Shown one piece after another: positions 1 through 11,646 of a stretch of DNA of 64,000 nt. The stretch's first letter is position 1; each line of letters begins with the position of its first letter. A program made the translations under genes and the position numbers. Below the pieces are notes generated by a model. That model was given only the letters and a program-made list of their open reading frames with translations, searched no databases and had not been told where the DNA came from. The stretch is from Mobula hypostoma (lineage: Eukaryota), in NCBI RefSeq assembly GCF_963921235.1, contig NC_086097.1, positions 145,764,001 to 145,828,000 of the forward strand. The letters run 5' to 3'.

Positions 1-539
1 CTGAAGCTTAATAGAAGTTGAATAATGCAACAAGGCAATGATCTGAAAGATGAGAGTAAATCAACAACAGAATAGTTTTTTAAAAAAGAAAATTTACATT
101 TTGGAATGGGTAAGTCAACGACCTGACCTTAATCCTATAGAAATGTTGTGCAAGGACTTGAAGCAAGCAGTTCATGTAAAGAAACCCACTAACATCCCAG
201 AGTTGAAACAGTTTTGTAAGGAGGAATGACCTAAAATTCCTCCAAGCCGATGTGTAGGACTGATCAACAGTTACCAGAAACGTTTGGTTGAAGTTATTGC
301 TGTACAAGGGGGTCACACCAGTTACTGAAAGCAAAGGTTCACATACTTTTTCCAGCAAATACATATAATATTGAATCATTTTTCTCAATAAATGAACAAG
401 TGTAATTTTTTTGTGTTATTTAATTGTGTTCTCTTTATCTAGTTTTAGGATTTACATGAAGTTCCGATCACATTTTAGGTCATATTTATGCAGATATAGA
501 GAAAATTCTACAGGGTTCACAAACTTTCTAGCACCACTG
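1..539 (+). mobile_element. Tc1/mariner DNA transposon, 3' part (degenerate transposase C-terminus and right terminal repeat)
   Basis: Translates to ILEWVSQRPDLNPIEML and KPTNIPELKQFCKEE*PKIPPSRCVGLINSYQKRLVEVIAVQGGHTSY*, matching the Tc1/Sleeping Beauty-type C-terminus (WPSQSPDLNPIE motif). Ends ...CACCACTG followed by TA (540-541). Confidence 0.85.
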
Positions 540-620
540 TACCTGGATGGAAGGGTATTGGAAGGATATGATCCAGGTTCAGGTATACGAAAATAGGCAG
601 AAGATCAGATCAGTATGGAC

Positions 621-805
621 TGTTATGGTAGTTGATAGCAGTATTCCTATACCACTCAGTTAGCCACTCCCATATGGGAGGAGTTCACATACTGTACAAG
701 CAGAGTTATTAATAAAGGTTGGTTGAATATTCAGCAAACCTGGTGTCACGGTGCTCTCTGCATTGCTACAGATCAAGAGAGATCCCCATCAAGAAAAAAC
801 TTACA
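621..805 (+). repeat. 5' LTR of Gypsy element
   Basis: Starts TG at 621 and aligns by eye with 4618-4785; right boundary approximate. Confidence 0.7.
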
Positions 806-2029
806 GTAAGTCCGTCCTTGTTCGCAAGTATCAATGAAAAATATCTGGAGATAACAATCAAAACTGCCTATGGTAGTTACTAATTGTATGTACCATGAGG
901 CAGAGCTGAGAACTGGCCCAGGGTTGCTAGCTAATGCCTTATAGCTACGCCCAAAAGTGGATACATTGTAATAATCTGTGGGCCACTGCCCTGTGACACA
1001 GATACAGCAGATAAGTCAAAGAAGTCAGTCAAAGTCTCAGGGAGAGAGAGGAAAAAAGACTTTTGTAGTTCAAATTAAAAAGGTCAAAGAAAGACATGAA
1101 TCAGAAGAAGAGAGAACTTTCCTTGGGGTTCTAGATTCAAATAGATGAGGCTGGTGTATTACGGTTCAATTGCAAAATGAGGCAGTGATGTTCAAAATAG
1201 ACACTGGGGCAGATGTCACAGCCATCAATAAATGACTGTTCAAAAAACTGGCAAAGAAAACAGGCATTATGCTAAACCCAACAAAGAAAGTGCTCACTGG
1301 ACCAGGGAAATATAAGCTCAGTGAAAAAAGAACATTTACTGCTTTCATCCCTAAAGTTGAGAAACAGCTAAAAAACGATGGCTATGTTGTTCAGAATCTC
1401 TTCTAACCATTACTGAGAAGACATGCCATCAAGAAGCTGAATCTCTTTGCAAAGTTGGATCCGCTAAACAATCTTCAGTGGCAGGAGAATTACCTGGAGT
1501 TGTTCACAGGCCTGGGGGAACTGAAAGAAGACTACCTTATCCAGCTGAAGCCAGGATGATGCTCCACTCTCTGACCAAACCAGACATATACCAGTCCCAT
1601 TGATGAACAAAGTCAAAGCTGAACTTGAGAGCATCTCATCAGACCCTGAATTCTTTCAGATGAGGTTGAAGCACATTTCGGAAGGATTGGAGGGAGTAGT
1701 CTGCCACAAGGATAATGTCCTCATCTTAAGAGGTTCAAGTGAGGAACATGACAAAAGAGTGGAAGCTGCCTTGGAGAAAATGAAACAGGCTGGAATTACC
1801 CCCAAACAAAAAGAAACGTGAATTTGCAAAGTTGGAGGTGAAGTTCTTAGGCTACCAACTGCCCTCAGGCGAAGTTTAACCAGATTCAGACAAAATGGCA
1901 GGAGTTTGGAACATGGAACAGTCTGTGAATGTATTAGAAATCTGCAGTTTCCTTGGCATGGTAAACCAGCTGGAAAAGTTCATTCTGGATGTTGCGGAGA
2001 AAACAAGGCTACTACAGGACCTCCTCTCA

Positions 2030-2720
2030 GAATCAGGTTTATTATCACCGGCATGTGATGTGAAATTTGATCTGCAGCAGTTCAGTGCAATACATAATAC
2101 AGCAGAGAGAGAGAGAAGGGAGGGAACGTCGACTCAGACCATGAGAGGCCTGCATCGGGCATTTTCATGCCTTACAAGGCGCAGATTGGAAGTCTGTGTG
2201 GGGCGCCACTCCTCGCACAGACTAGAGCAATGTGTGATTAAGTACCTTGCTCAAGGGCACAAACATGCTGCCACAGCTGAGGCTCGAACTAGCAACCTTG
2301 AGGTAACTAGGCGAACACCTTGACCACTTGGAGAGAGAAGAAAAATAATAATAATAAATAAAATAAAACATAATAAATAATCAAGTAAATCAATTACGTA
2401 TATTGAATAGATTTTTTTTAATGTGCAAAAACATAAATACTGTATATTAAAAAAGTGAGGTAGTGTCCAAATCTTCAATGTCCATTTAGGAATCGGATGG
2501 CAGAGGGGAAGAAGCTGTTCCTGAATCACTGAGTGTATTTTCCAGGCTTCTGTACCTCCTACCTGATGGTAACAGTGAGAAAAGGGCATGCCCTTGGTGC
2601 TGGAGGTCCTTAATAATGGACGCTGTCTTTCTGAGACACCGTTCCCTGAAGGTGTCCTGGGTACTTTGTAGACTAGTGCCCAAGATGGAGCTGACTAGAT
2701 TTACAACCTTCTTCAGCTTC
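2030..2720 (-). mobile_element. Rex1/Babar-type LINE 3' fragment nested in Gypsy pol
   Basis: Minus ORF 2486-2683 RCLRKTASIIKDLQHQGHALFSLLPSGRRYRSL is the Rex/Babar ORF2 C-terminal motif; AATAAACCTGATTCTGA-type tail near 2030. Confidence 0.7.
2119..2330 (-). mobile_element. tRNA-derived SINE (CORE-like) with 10-bp TSD
   Basis: Minus strand has A-box-like GTGGTCAAGG, B-box-like AGTTCGAGCC and core-like TGTGCCCTTGAGCAAGGTACTTAA. Flanked by GAGAGAGAAG at 2109-2118 and 2331-2340. Confidence 0.65.
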
Positions 2721-3995
2721 TTTCTCTGTGTCTCTCAGAGAAACATTTGGATCTGGGTCGCACCACAGGAGAAATAATCCTCATCACTTAAACCAGAGCA
2801 ATCTGTGTCGTGGCCTGGTCTGAGCACACAGCAGGGAGATTATGTAAAGCAATATGAAGCATGCAGAAGACTGCACAAAAATCATGCTGAACCTCTCGGA
2901 TCCATGGAATCCCTAGACCTTCCATGGCAAACTGCAGGCACAGACATTTTTGAGGTGAGGGGAGACAGGTGTCACCTCACTGTGGATTGCCGCCAACAGA
3001 GTGCTGAGGTGTTCATGCTGTCCTCTACATCCTCAGTGGCACTTGCACAGCACCTGAAGGCTGTACTCACTCGTCATGGAATACCAGAGACACTTGTGTC
3101 AGACAACGGGCCACAATTCAGCTGTTCAGAATTCAAAGGCTTTGCCAGGGATTGAGTTCAAGCACCTGACGGCCAGTCCACAGTACCCACAGACAAATGG
3201 AGATGCAGAAAGAGCAGTGTGAACTGCCAAGAGATCCGCACAGAAGGCAAAAGGCCCCTACAAAGAACAGTTAGCTTATCACTACACATCTCTTGCAAAT
3301 AGCTACAGTCCGGAGCTGTCAATGCCAGAGACTGAGACCAAGCCTGCCTGTTCTTCCTTCCCTGCTCCAACCTTACTTACCAGACTTAGTCATAGAGAGG
3401 AATTTTAAGACAACACAGCATGAGAAAATGAAAAGCATGCATGATCTCAGACACAGAGCAGAATCTTTGTTACCGCTCAGGAGTGGTGAAACCGCTTGGG
3501 TTTCAGACCAATGCACCAAAGGAAGAATAGTCCAGCAACATGAGCCACAATTGTTTGTGATCAGATCATCAAGAGATGAAATCCGGTGGAACAGATCTGC
3601 GCTCGTGCACCTGCAAGTGCCACGAAAGGTAGTGGAAGAAATAGAGTGGCTCAATCCTTATGACGAGGACCACTTACCCCAGGTGGACACACTTCCATCG
3701 GCTCCAACACTTCCAGGAACCTATACCAGATTATCTATCCCACCAGAGATATACTTCATAGCCTAGTAGCTTAGGGCAAGAGTCAGAATATCCTCCCACT
3801 TTGCCAGAGTGTTCAGGTAGTCCACACTGACCTCCATTAGATTTTAGATTGTGTTTTTTTTAAAGAGTTCCAATGTTGAAAACATTTCACAAAATGAGAC
3901 TGTTCGTAAAAAAAAGGAATTGGTGAAAAAAAGGAGGAACACAAAGAAAGTGAGAGACCTTTAAAAGCTAAGAGAAAGACAGTTATAATGTTGGC

Positions 3996-4484
3996 AAACA
4001 CAAGGAAATCTGCAGATGCTGGAATTTCAAGCAACACACATCAAAGTTGCTGGTGAACGCAGCAGGCCAGGCAGCATCTCTAGGAAGAGGTACAGTCGAC
4101 GTTTCGGGCCAAGACCCTTCGTCAGTACTAACTGAAGGAAGAGCTAGTAAGAGATTTGAAAGTGGGAGGGGGAGGGGGAGATCCAGAATGATAGGAGAAG
4201 ACAGGAGGGGGAGGGATGGAGCCAAGAGCTGGACAGTTGATTGGCAAAAGGGATATGACAGGATCATGGGACAGGAGGCCCAGGGAGAAGGAAAAGTGGG
4301 GAGGGGGACCCAGAGGATGGGCAAGGGGTATAGTGAGCGGGACAGAGGGAGAAAAAAGACAGAGAGAAAAAGAATGTGTGTATATAAATAAATAACGGAA
4401 TGGGTATGAGGGGAGGTGCTCATTAGCAGAAGTTTGAGAAGTCAATGCCCCACCTCCCCCTCGTAACATTGACTTCTCAAATTC
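3996..4484 (-). mobile_element. Penelope-like element 3' terminal (pLTR) fragment with hammerhead motif
   Basis: Same family as 6924-8233 and 21328-21957. Minus-strand CTGACGA-AGGGTCTTGGCCC-GAAAC-GTC-GACT at 4094-4129; short inversion at ~4428-4484. Confidence 0.75.
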
Positions 4485-4617
4485 TTTTTTGTATTTATGT
4501 AAGAGGCTTAGGTTATGTGCAATGGGTAAAGTGAACTGATTCGCTGAATTTCAGTAACTATAATTTCAATGTAATTCTATGTTTAAGTAGTACATAACTG
4601 GCTTTTTTTTTCCAAGA

Positions 4618-4785
4618 CGTTGTGGTATTTGATAGTGGTATTCCTATTCCACTCAGTTAGCCACCCCCACATGGGAGGAGTTCACATCCTGTACAAGCAG
4701 GGTTATCAATAAAGTTCAGTTGAATATCCTGCAATGCTGGTGTCCTCATGTGTGTTCTGCACTATCCCTCAAGAACAAATGCAAC
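4618..4785 (+). repeat. 3' LTR of Gypsy element
   Basis: Aligns with 621-805; the interrupted LINE-tail sequence resumes immediately after it. Confidence 0.7.
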
Positions 4786-5589
4786 TTAGACCAGATGGGC
4801 TAAAGGGCCTGTTTCTATGTTGTAGTACTCGCCTACTCTGTGATATTGGTCTTGAAACCTAAATCATATGAGTCAAGTCTCAGCTTTTATTCATTGGTTG
4901 TAAAACTCACCACTGACATTGAGGATTGTGGGTGGTCTGGAAAAATGGTTATATAATTAGCGTTAGCTCTGAAATTATTTTGCGGCACTATATGAGGAAG
5001 AACAGAAGAGTTCTCCCTTGTGCTCTGGCCAATGTTCTCCAAAAGATTATTTGATCTTCATCTCATCGGTGATTATGGGCTACTATTTTCTGCTATTTCC
5101 CACATTACAACAAGGTCTACATGTTAATGAATTCCCTTGCTTTGGCTTCAGCTTAAAAGGACTATTCCCTAGGTGAGCAATCCTATTTTCAGTCAAAGAA
5201 ATGCTTTATATCAGGTAAATCATTAGTGACATGTAAGAGTCTAAATTATGTGGCTGCAAGTAATAAGCTTGTAGTGTATCCATGTTGTAAGATGTTGCGT
5301 CAATCACACAAAACATTGTGTGAGAAAGTGCAACCCATTAGGTTTCACAAGATCTTTCAGATAGGGTTCAGATTGCAATAAATCACACACTTTCCCTGCA
5401 CTTTTCGCTCCACCATTAACAATCACGGTGTCTCCCCCATCACCACTCCATGTTGACACACACACACACACAGAGTAACATAACAAGCAATTCAAGGGAC
5501 TGGACACTAATGATTCTGAGACTGATTTCAAAGATTTTAAAACAAAAATGCTCTTGTGTATGTTAGCTCTTGGACCATGTGTTAACCCA

Positions 5590-5790
5590 GTTGGCGAATT
5601 TGCTACTAACTTAAGATTCTGTATTACCTGAAGACGTAGGTGCTGTAGTTGCTAAATTTTCAGATGACACAAAGTTTGGTGGAGTTGTGAGTAACAAGGA
5701 AGACTGTCAAAGAGTACAGCAGGATAGACAGTAGGTAATTTGGAAACTTGGGCAGAGAAATAGGAGATGGAGCTGTGAGACTATGGCAGC
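5590..5790 (+). mobile_element. CR1 RT fragment, degenerate
   Basis: Encodes AKFSDDTKFGGVVS..EDCQRVQQD, similar to the KFADDTKVGG region of the CR1 at 8441-11191. Confidence 0.6.
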
Positions 5791-6713
5791 TATTTGAGTG
5801 CAAACACTATATTATTGTGAGATGTATTGGGGTACTGGGGAGGAGTAGCATCTCTGGTGTGAAGACCTGTTGTACCTTCCGAGGTAGGTCCTCCACCTTT
5901 GGTCCTTACTTGGCACTCAGTTCTCACTTGTGGCTTCAAGTAAGCAGCCATTCCCCAGGCAATGGCTTCGACAGGCCGGCCAAACCAGGTGAGAGTAGCC
6001 ATTGGCGTTTTTTGGAACCTTTGGGCTTGCCTGCCCAAAGCATGTGAAGACTGGATTCAGCGGACTGCATGGAGGAAACCACCAGCTGGTTCAACGGGCG
6101 GGAAGGCATTTCCCAGCATGCACTGTGGAGCATGAAGCACACGGCAAGACACGTAGATAGCCCTGGTTGTCCACTGCATCCTGACCTACCTCTAGTCATC
6201 TTGACTCTCATCTTGCCACTAGGTCCAGATAGACTAGGAGGAGAGAGCGAGGTTGACGACCTGCATAACTCTCCCTCACTTTAATCAAACCCGTGTGCAA
6301 GTCACAACATCCCGCAAACACATCGACCCAAGGATGTCAGTGGTCCTTATTGCTTACGATAGATGCGCACACAAAAATGAGAGATGGCAGAAGAGAATGA
6401 CAAACTGTTTCCATGTGACAGGAAGATAACAGCAACTCAAATAATCACAAGAATTGTGTGCAGAAGAGCATCTCTGAATGCACAACATGTCGAATGTTGA
6501 AGTGGATGAGCTACAATTGCGAATTACAAATGAGCTATTAATTGGTATCTCCAAAATATACTGAGTGAATATTTGTGGAACACTATCAGTTGCCACGTTT
6601 CTTTTATGAAGCAGTTTGATGAAGGACAACAATTGAAGACACAGAACTGTTAAGTCCATTAACTTATTGCCTTTAAGACATGGGAAGAAACAACACATAC
6701 AGTACATAGAATT

Positions 6714-6905
6714 ATGACAAGAAAATCTGCAGATGCTGGAAATCCAAAGCCACATACATAAAATGCTGCAGGAATGCTGACTGGAAAAAGAACTTTCTTT
6801 TTTTTCAGTCCTGATGAAGGGTCTCTGCTTGAAATGTCGACTGTTTACTCTTTTCCATAGACGCTGCCTGGCCTGGTGAGTTCCTCCAGCATTTTGAATG
6901 TGTTG
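6714..6905. mobile_element. Short fold-back PLE-derived element with hammerhead motif
   Basis: Inverted arms; CAGTC-CTGATGA-AGGGTCTCTGCTT-GAAAT-GTC-GACTG at 6806-6843. TSD CAGTACA(T/A)AGAATT at 6700-6713 and 6906-6919. Confidence 0.75.
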
Positions 6906-8440
6906 CAGTACAAAGAATTTACAAAAAACACACACAAAATGCTGGTGGAACACAGCAGGCCAGGCAGCATCTATAGGAAGAAGTACAGTTGACGTTTCGG
7001 GTCAAGACCCTTTGTCAGGCCTAATGGAAAAAGGAGATTTTAAGAGATTTGAAAGTGGGAGGGGGAGGGGGAGACCTGAAATGATAGGAGAAGACAGGAG
7101 GGGAGGGATGAAGCCAAGAGCTGGGAAGGTGATTGACAAAAGGGATACAAGGCTGGAGAAGGGGGAGTATCATAGGACGGAAGGCCTTGGAAGAAAGAAA
7201 GGGGGATGGGGAGCACCAGAGGATGATGAAGAACAGGCAAGGAGATATTGTGAGAGGGAAAGAGAGAAGAAAAAATAAAAATAAAAAATAAAAATTAGGG
7301 ATGGGGTAAGAAGGGGAGGAGGGGCATTTACGGAAGTTAGAGAAATCAATGTTCATGCCATCAGGTTGGAGGCTACCCAGATTGAATATAAAGTGTTGTT
7401 CCTCCAACCTGAGTGTGGCTTCATCTTTACAGTAGAGGAGGGCATGGATTAACAAATCGGAATGGGAATGGGACATGGAATTAAAATGTGTAGCCACTGG
7501 GAGATTCTGCTTCCTCTGGCGGACAGAGTGTAGGTGTTCAGCGAAGTGGTCTCCCAGTCTGCGTCGGGTCTCACCAATATTTCGAAGGCCACACTGGGAG
7601 CACCGGACTCAGTATATCGCACCAGCATACTCACAGGTGAAGTGTCACTTCACCTGGAAGGACTGTCTGGGGCCCTGAATGTTGGTGAGGAAGGAAGCGT
7701 AAGGGCAGGTGTAGCACTTGTTCCACTTACAAGGAACATTTTAATTCATTTTAATTTCAATTCCATAATGCATTCCCGTTCCGATATGTCAATCCATGGC
7801 CTCCTCTACTGTCAAGATGAAGCCACACTCAGGTTGGAGGAACAACACCTTATATACCATCTGGGTAGCCTCCAAACTGATGGCATGGACATTGATTTCT
7901 TTAACTTCCGTTAATGCCCCTCCCCCCCCTTCTTACCACATCCCTAATTTTTTTTCCTTCTCCCTTTCCCTTTCACAATAACTCCTTGCCTGTTCTGCAA
8001 CTTCCTCTGGTGCTCCCCATCCCCCTTTCCTTCTTCCAAGGCCTTCCATCCCATGATACTCTCCCTTCTCCAGCCTTGTATCCCTTTTGTCAATCAACTT
8101 CCCAGCTCTTGGCTTCATCCCTCCCCCTCCTGTCTTCTCCTATCATTTTGGGTCTCCCCCTCCCCGCCCCACTTTCAAATCTCTTACTATCTCTTTTTTC
8201 TATTAGTCCTGATGAAGGGTCTCAACCCGAAACCTTATAGAACATAGAACATAGAATAGTACAGCACAGTACAGGCCCTTCAGCCCACAATGTTGTGCCG
8301 ACCCTCAAACCCTGCCTCCCATATAAGTAAGCCCCCACCTTAGATTCCTCCATATATCTGTCCAGTAGTCTCTTAAACTTCACCAGTGTATCGGCCTCCA
8401 CCACTGACTCAGGCAGTGTATTCCACACACCAACCACTCT

Positions 8441-11191
8441 CTAAGCAAAAAACCTTCCTCTAATATCCCCCTTGAACTTCCCACCCCTTACCTTAAAGCC
8501 ATGTCCTCTTGTATTGAGCAGTGGTGCCCTGGGGAAGAGGTGCTGGCTGTCCACTCTATCTATTCCTCTTATTATCTTGTACACCTCTATCATGTCTCCT
8601 CTCATCCTCCTTCTCTCCAAAGAGTAAAGCCCTAGCTCCCTTAATCTCTGATCATAATGCATACTTTCTAAACCAGGCATCATCCTGGTAAATCTCCTCT
8701 GTACCCTTTCCAATGCTTCCACATCCTTCCTATAGTGAGGTGACCAGAACTGGACACAATACTCCACGTGTGGCCTAACCAGAGTTTTATAGAGCTGCAT
8801 CATTACATCGCTACTCTTAAACTCTATCCCTTGACTTATGAAAGCTAACACCCCATAAGCTTTCTTAACTACCCTATCCACCTGTGAGGCAACTTTCAGG
8901 GATCTGTGGACATGTACCCTGAGATCCCTCTGCTCCTCCACACTACCAAGTATCCTGCCATTTACTTTGTACTCAGCCTTGGAGTTTGTCCTTCCAAAGT
9001 GTAACACCTCATACTTCTCTGGGTTGAACTCCATCTGCCACTTCTCAGCCCACTTCTGCATCCTATCAATGCCTCTCTGCAATCTTTGACAATCCTCTAC
9101 ACTACCTACAGCACCACCAACCTTTGTGTCGTCTGCAAACTTGCCAACCCACCCTTCTACCCCGACATCCAGGTCGTTAATAAAAATCACGAAAAGTAAA
9201 GGTCCCAGAATAGATCCTTGTGGGACACCACTAGTCACAATCCTCCAATCTGAATGTACTCCCTCCACCACCACCCTCTGCCTTCTGCAGGCAAGCCAAT
9301 TCTGAATCCACCTGGCCAAACTTCCCTGGATCCCATGCCTTCTAACTTTCTGAATAAGCCTACCGTGTGGAACCTTTTCAAATGTCTTACTAAAATCCAT
9401 ATAGATCACATCCACTGCACTACCCTCATCTATATGCCTGGTCACCTCCTCAAAGAACCCTATCAGGCTTGTTAGACAAGATCTGCCCTTCACAAAGCCA
9501 TGCTGACTGTCCCTGATCAGACCATGATTCTCTAAATGCCTATAGATCCTATCTCTAAGAATCTTTTCCAACAGCTTTCCCACCACAGACGTAAGGCTCA
9601 CTGGTCTATAATTACCCGGACTATCCCTACTACCTTTTTTGAACAGGGGAACAATATTCGCCTCCCTCCAATCCTCCGGTACCATTCCCGTGGACAACGA
9701 GGACATAAAGATCCTAGCCAGAGGCTCAGCAATCTCTTCTCTCGCGTCGTGGAGCAGCCTGGGGAATATTCCATCAGGCCCTGGGGACTCATCTGTCCTA
9801 ATGTATTTTAACAACTCCAACACCTCCTCTCCCTTAATATCAACATGTTCCAGAACATCAGCCTCACTCATATTGTCCTCACCATCATCAAGTTCCCTCT
9901 CATTGGTGAATACTGAAGAGAAGTATTCATTGAGGACCTCGCTCACTTCCACAGCCTCCAGGTACATCTTCCCACCTTTATCTCTAATCGGTCCTACCTT
10001 CACTCCTGTCATCCTTTTTTTCTTCACATAATTGAAGAATACTTTGGGGTTTTCCTTTACCCTACTCGCCAAGGCCTTCTCATGCCCCCTTCTTGCTCTT
10101 CTCAGCCCCTTCTTAAGCTCCTTTCTTGCTTCCCTATATTCCTCAATAGACCCATCTGATCCTTGCTTCCTAAACCTCATGTATGCTGCCTTCTTCCTCC
10201 TGACTAGATTTTCCACCTCACTTGTCACCCATGGTTCCTTCACCCTACCATTCTTTATCTTCCTCACCGGGACAAATTTATCCCTTACATCCCACAAGAG
10301 ATCTCTAAACATCAACCACATGTCCATAGTACATTTCCCTGCAAAAACATCATCCCAATTCACACCCGCAAGTTCTAGCCTTATAGCCTCATAATTTGCC
10401 TTTCCCCAATTAAAGATTTTCCTGTCCTCTTTGATTCTATCCTTTCCCATGATAATTATAAAGGCCAGGGAGCGGTGGTCACTGTCTGCCAGATGCTCAC
10501 CCACTGAGAGATCTGTGACCTGAACCGGTTCATTACCTAGTACTAGATCTAGTATGGCATTCCCCCTGGTCGGCCTGTCCACATACTGTGACAGGAATCC
10601 ATCCTGGACACACTTAACAAATTCTGCCCCATCTAAACCTTTGGAACTAATCAGGTGCAAATCAATATTAGGGAAGTTAAAGACACCCATGATAACCACT
10701 CTGTTATTTTTGCACCTTTCCAAAATCTGCCTCCCAATCTGCTCCTCTGTATCTCTGCTGCTACCAGGGGGCCTATAGAATACCCCCAGTAGAGTAACTG
10801 CTCCCTTCCTGTTCCTGATTTCCACCCATATTGACTCAAAAGAGGATCCTGCTACATTACCAACCCTTTCTGTATTTGTAATAGTATCCCTGACCACCCT
10901 TCCTCCCCTTTTTCCGCCCTCTCTATCCCTTTTAAAGCACTGAAATCCAGGAATATTGAGAATCCATTCCTGCACTGGTGCCAGCCAAGTCTCTGTAATG
11001 GCCACTACATCATAATTCCATGTATGTATCCAAGCTCTCAGTTCATCACCTTTGCTCCTGATGCTTCTTGCATTGAGGTACACACACTTCAGCCCTTCTA
11101 CCTTACTGTCTTTACACCGTTTATTCTGCTTCTCTTTCCTCAAAGCCTCTCTGTATGTTAGATCTGGCTTTACTCCATGCACTTCTTTCAC
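8441..11191 (-). CDS. CR1 ORF2: apurinic endonuclease plus reverse transcriptase (916 aa open frame)
   Basis: APE motifs YLNARS, ITETWL, YRPP, LDLVL, SDH; RT motifs PGPDG, YRPVSLTS, QHGF, GVPQGSILGP, FADD. Premature TAG at 8441-8443 just before the usual C-terminal RVVGVWN (which continues in ORF 8222-8437). The exact start codon is uncertain. Confidence 0.9.
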   Translation of the reverse strand: MKEVHGVKPDLTYREALRKEKQNKRCKDSKVEGLKCVYLNARSIRSKGDELRAWIHTWNYDVVAITETWLAPVQEWILNIPGFQCFKRDREGGKRGGRVVRDTITNTERVGNVAGSSFESIWVEIRNRKGAVTLLGVFYRPPGSSRDTEEQIGRQILERCKNNRVVIMGVFNFPNIDLHLISSKGLDGAEFVKCVQDGFLSQYVDRPTRGNAILDLVLGNEPVQVTDLSVGEHLADSDHRSLAFIIIMGKDRIKEDRKIFNWGKANYEAIRLELAGVNWDDVFAGKCTMDMWLMFRDLLWDVRDKFVPVRKIKNGRVKEPWVTSEVENLVRRKKAAYMRFRKQGSDGSIEEYREARKELKKGLRRARRGHEKALASRVKENPKVFFNYVKKKRMTGVKVGPIRDKGGKMYLEAVEVSEVLNEYFSSVFTNERELDDGEDNMSEADVLEHVDIKGEEVLELLKYIRTDESPGPDGIFPRLLHDAREEIAEPLARIFMSSLSTGMVPEDWREANIVPLFKKGSRDSPGNYRPVSLTSVVGKLLEKILRDRIYRHLENHGLIRDSQHGFVKGRSCLTSLIGFFEEVTRHIDEGSAVDVIYMDFSKTFEKVPHGRLIQKVRRHGIQGSLARWIQNWLACRRQRVVVEGVHSDWRIVTSGVPQGSILGPLLFVIFINDLDVGVEGWVGKFADDTKVGGAVGSVEDCQRLQRGIDRMQKWAEKWQMEFNPEKYEVLHFGRTNSKAEYKVNGRILGSVEEQRDLRVHVHRSLKVASQVDRVVKKAYGVLAFISQGIEFKSSDVMMQLYKTLVRPHVEYCVQFWSPHYRKDVEALERVQRRFTRMMPGLESMHYDQRLRELGLYSLERRRMRGDMIEVYKIIRGIDRVDSQHLFPRAPLLNTRGHGFKVRGGKFKGDIRGRFFA

Positions 11192-11367
11192 TGCTCTATC
11201 GCTCTGGGTCCCATCCCCCTCGCAAATTAGTTTAAACCCTCCCGAACCATGCTAGCAAACCTACCTGCAAGGATATTGCTCCCCTTCGAGTTCAGGTGCA
11301 ACCCATCCAATCTGTACAGGTCCCACCTTCCCCAAAAGAGATCCCAATGATCTAAAAATCTAAAACC

Positions 11368-11646
11368 CTACTCCCTGCACCAACTCCCCAGCCACGCATT
11401 CAACTGCCATCTCCTCCAATTCTTACCACCTCTGTCACGTAGCACTGGCAGCAATCCTGAGAACGTCACCCTTGAGGTCCTGTTCTTCAGCCTTCTGCCT
11501 AATTCCCGAAACTCACACTTCAGGACCTCATCCCTCTTCCTGCCTATGTCGTTGGTCCCAACATGTATCACGACTTCTGGTTGCTTTCCCTCTCGTACCC
11601 GGTCAGAGACATCCCGGACCCTGGCTCCTGGGAGGCAACAAACCAT
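11368..11646 (-). pseudogene. CR1 ORF1 SGNH esterase-domain remnant
   Basis: VCCLPGARVRDV..VVIHVGTNDIG motif characteristic of the CR1 ORF1 esterase. Confidence 0.8.

Larger units (their letters stand above)
621..4785 (+). mobile_element. Decayed Ty3/Gypsy LTR retrotransposon with paired LTRs
   Basis: Similar direct repeats at ~621-805 and ~4618-4785 (shared ATTCCTAT..CCACTCAGTTAGCCAC..GGGAGGAGTTCACAT..TGTACAAGCAG..AATAAAG). Internal protease FKIDTGADVTAI (~1190-1225), RT remnant (~1640-2020) and integrase PWQTAGTDIF..HGIPETLVSDNGPQF (2805-3155) lie in PR-RT-INT order, with many stops and frameshifts. Confidence 0.85.
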
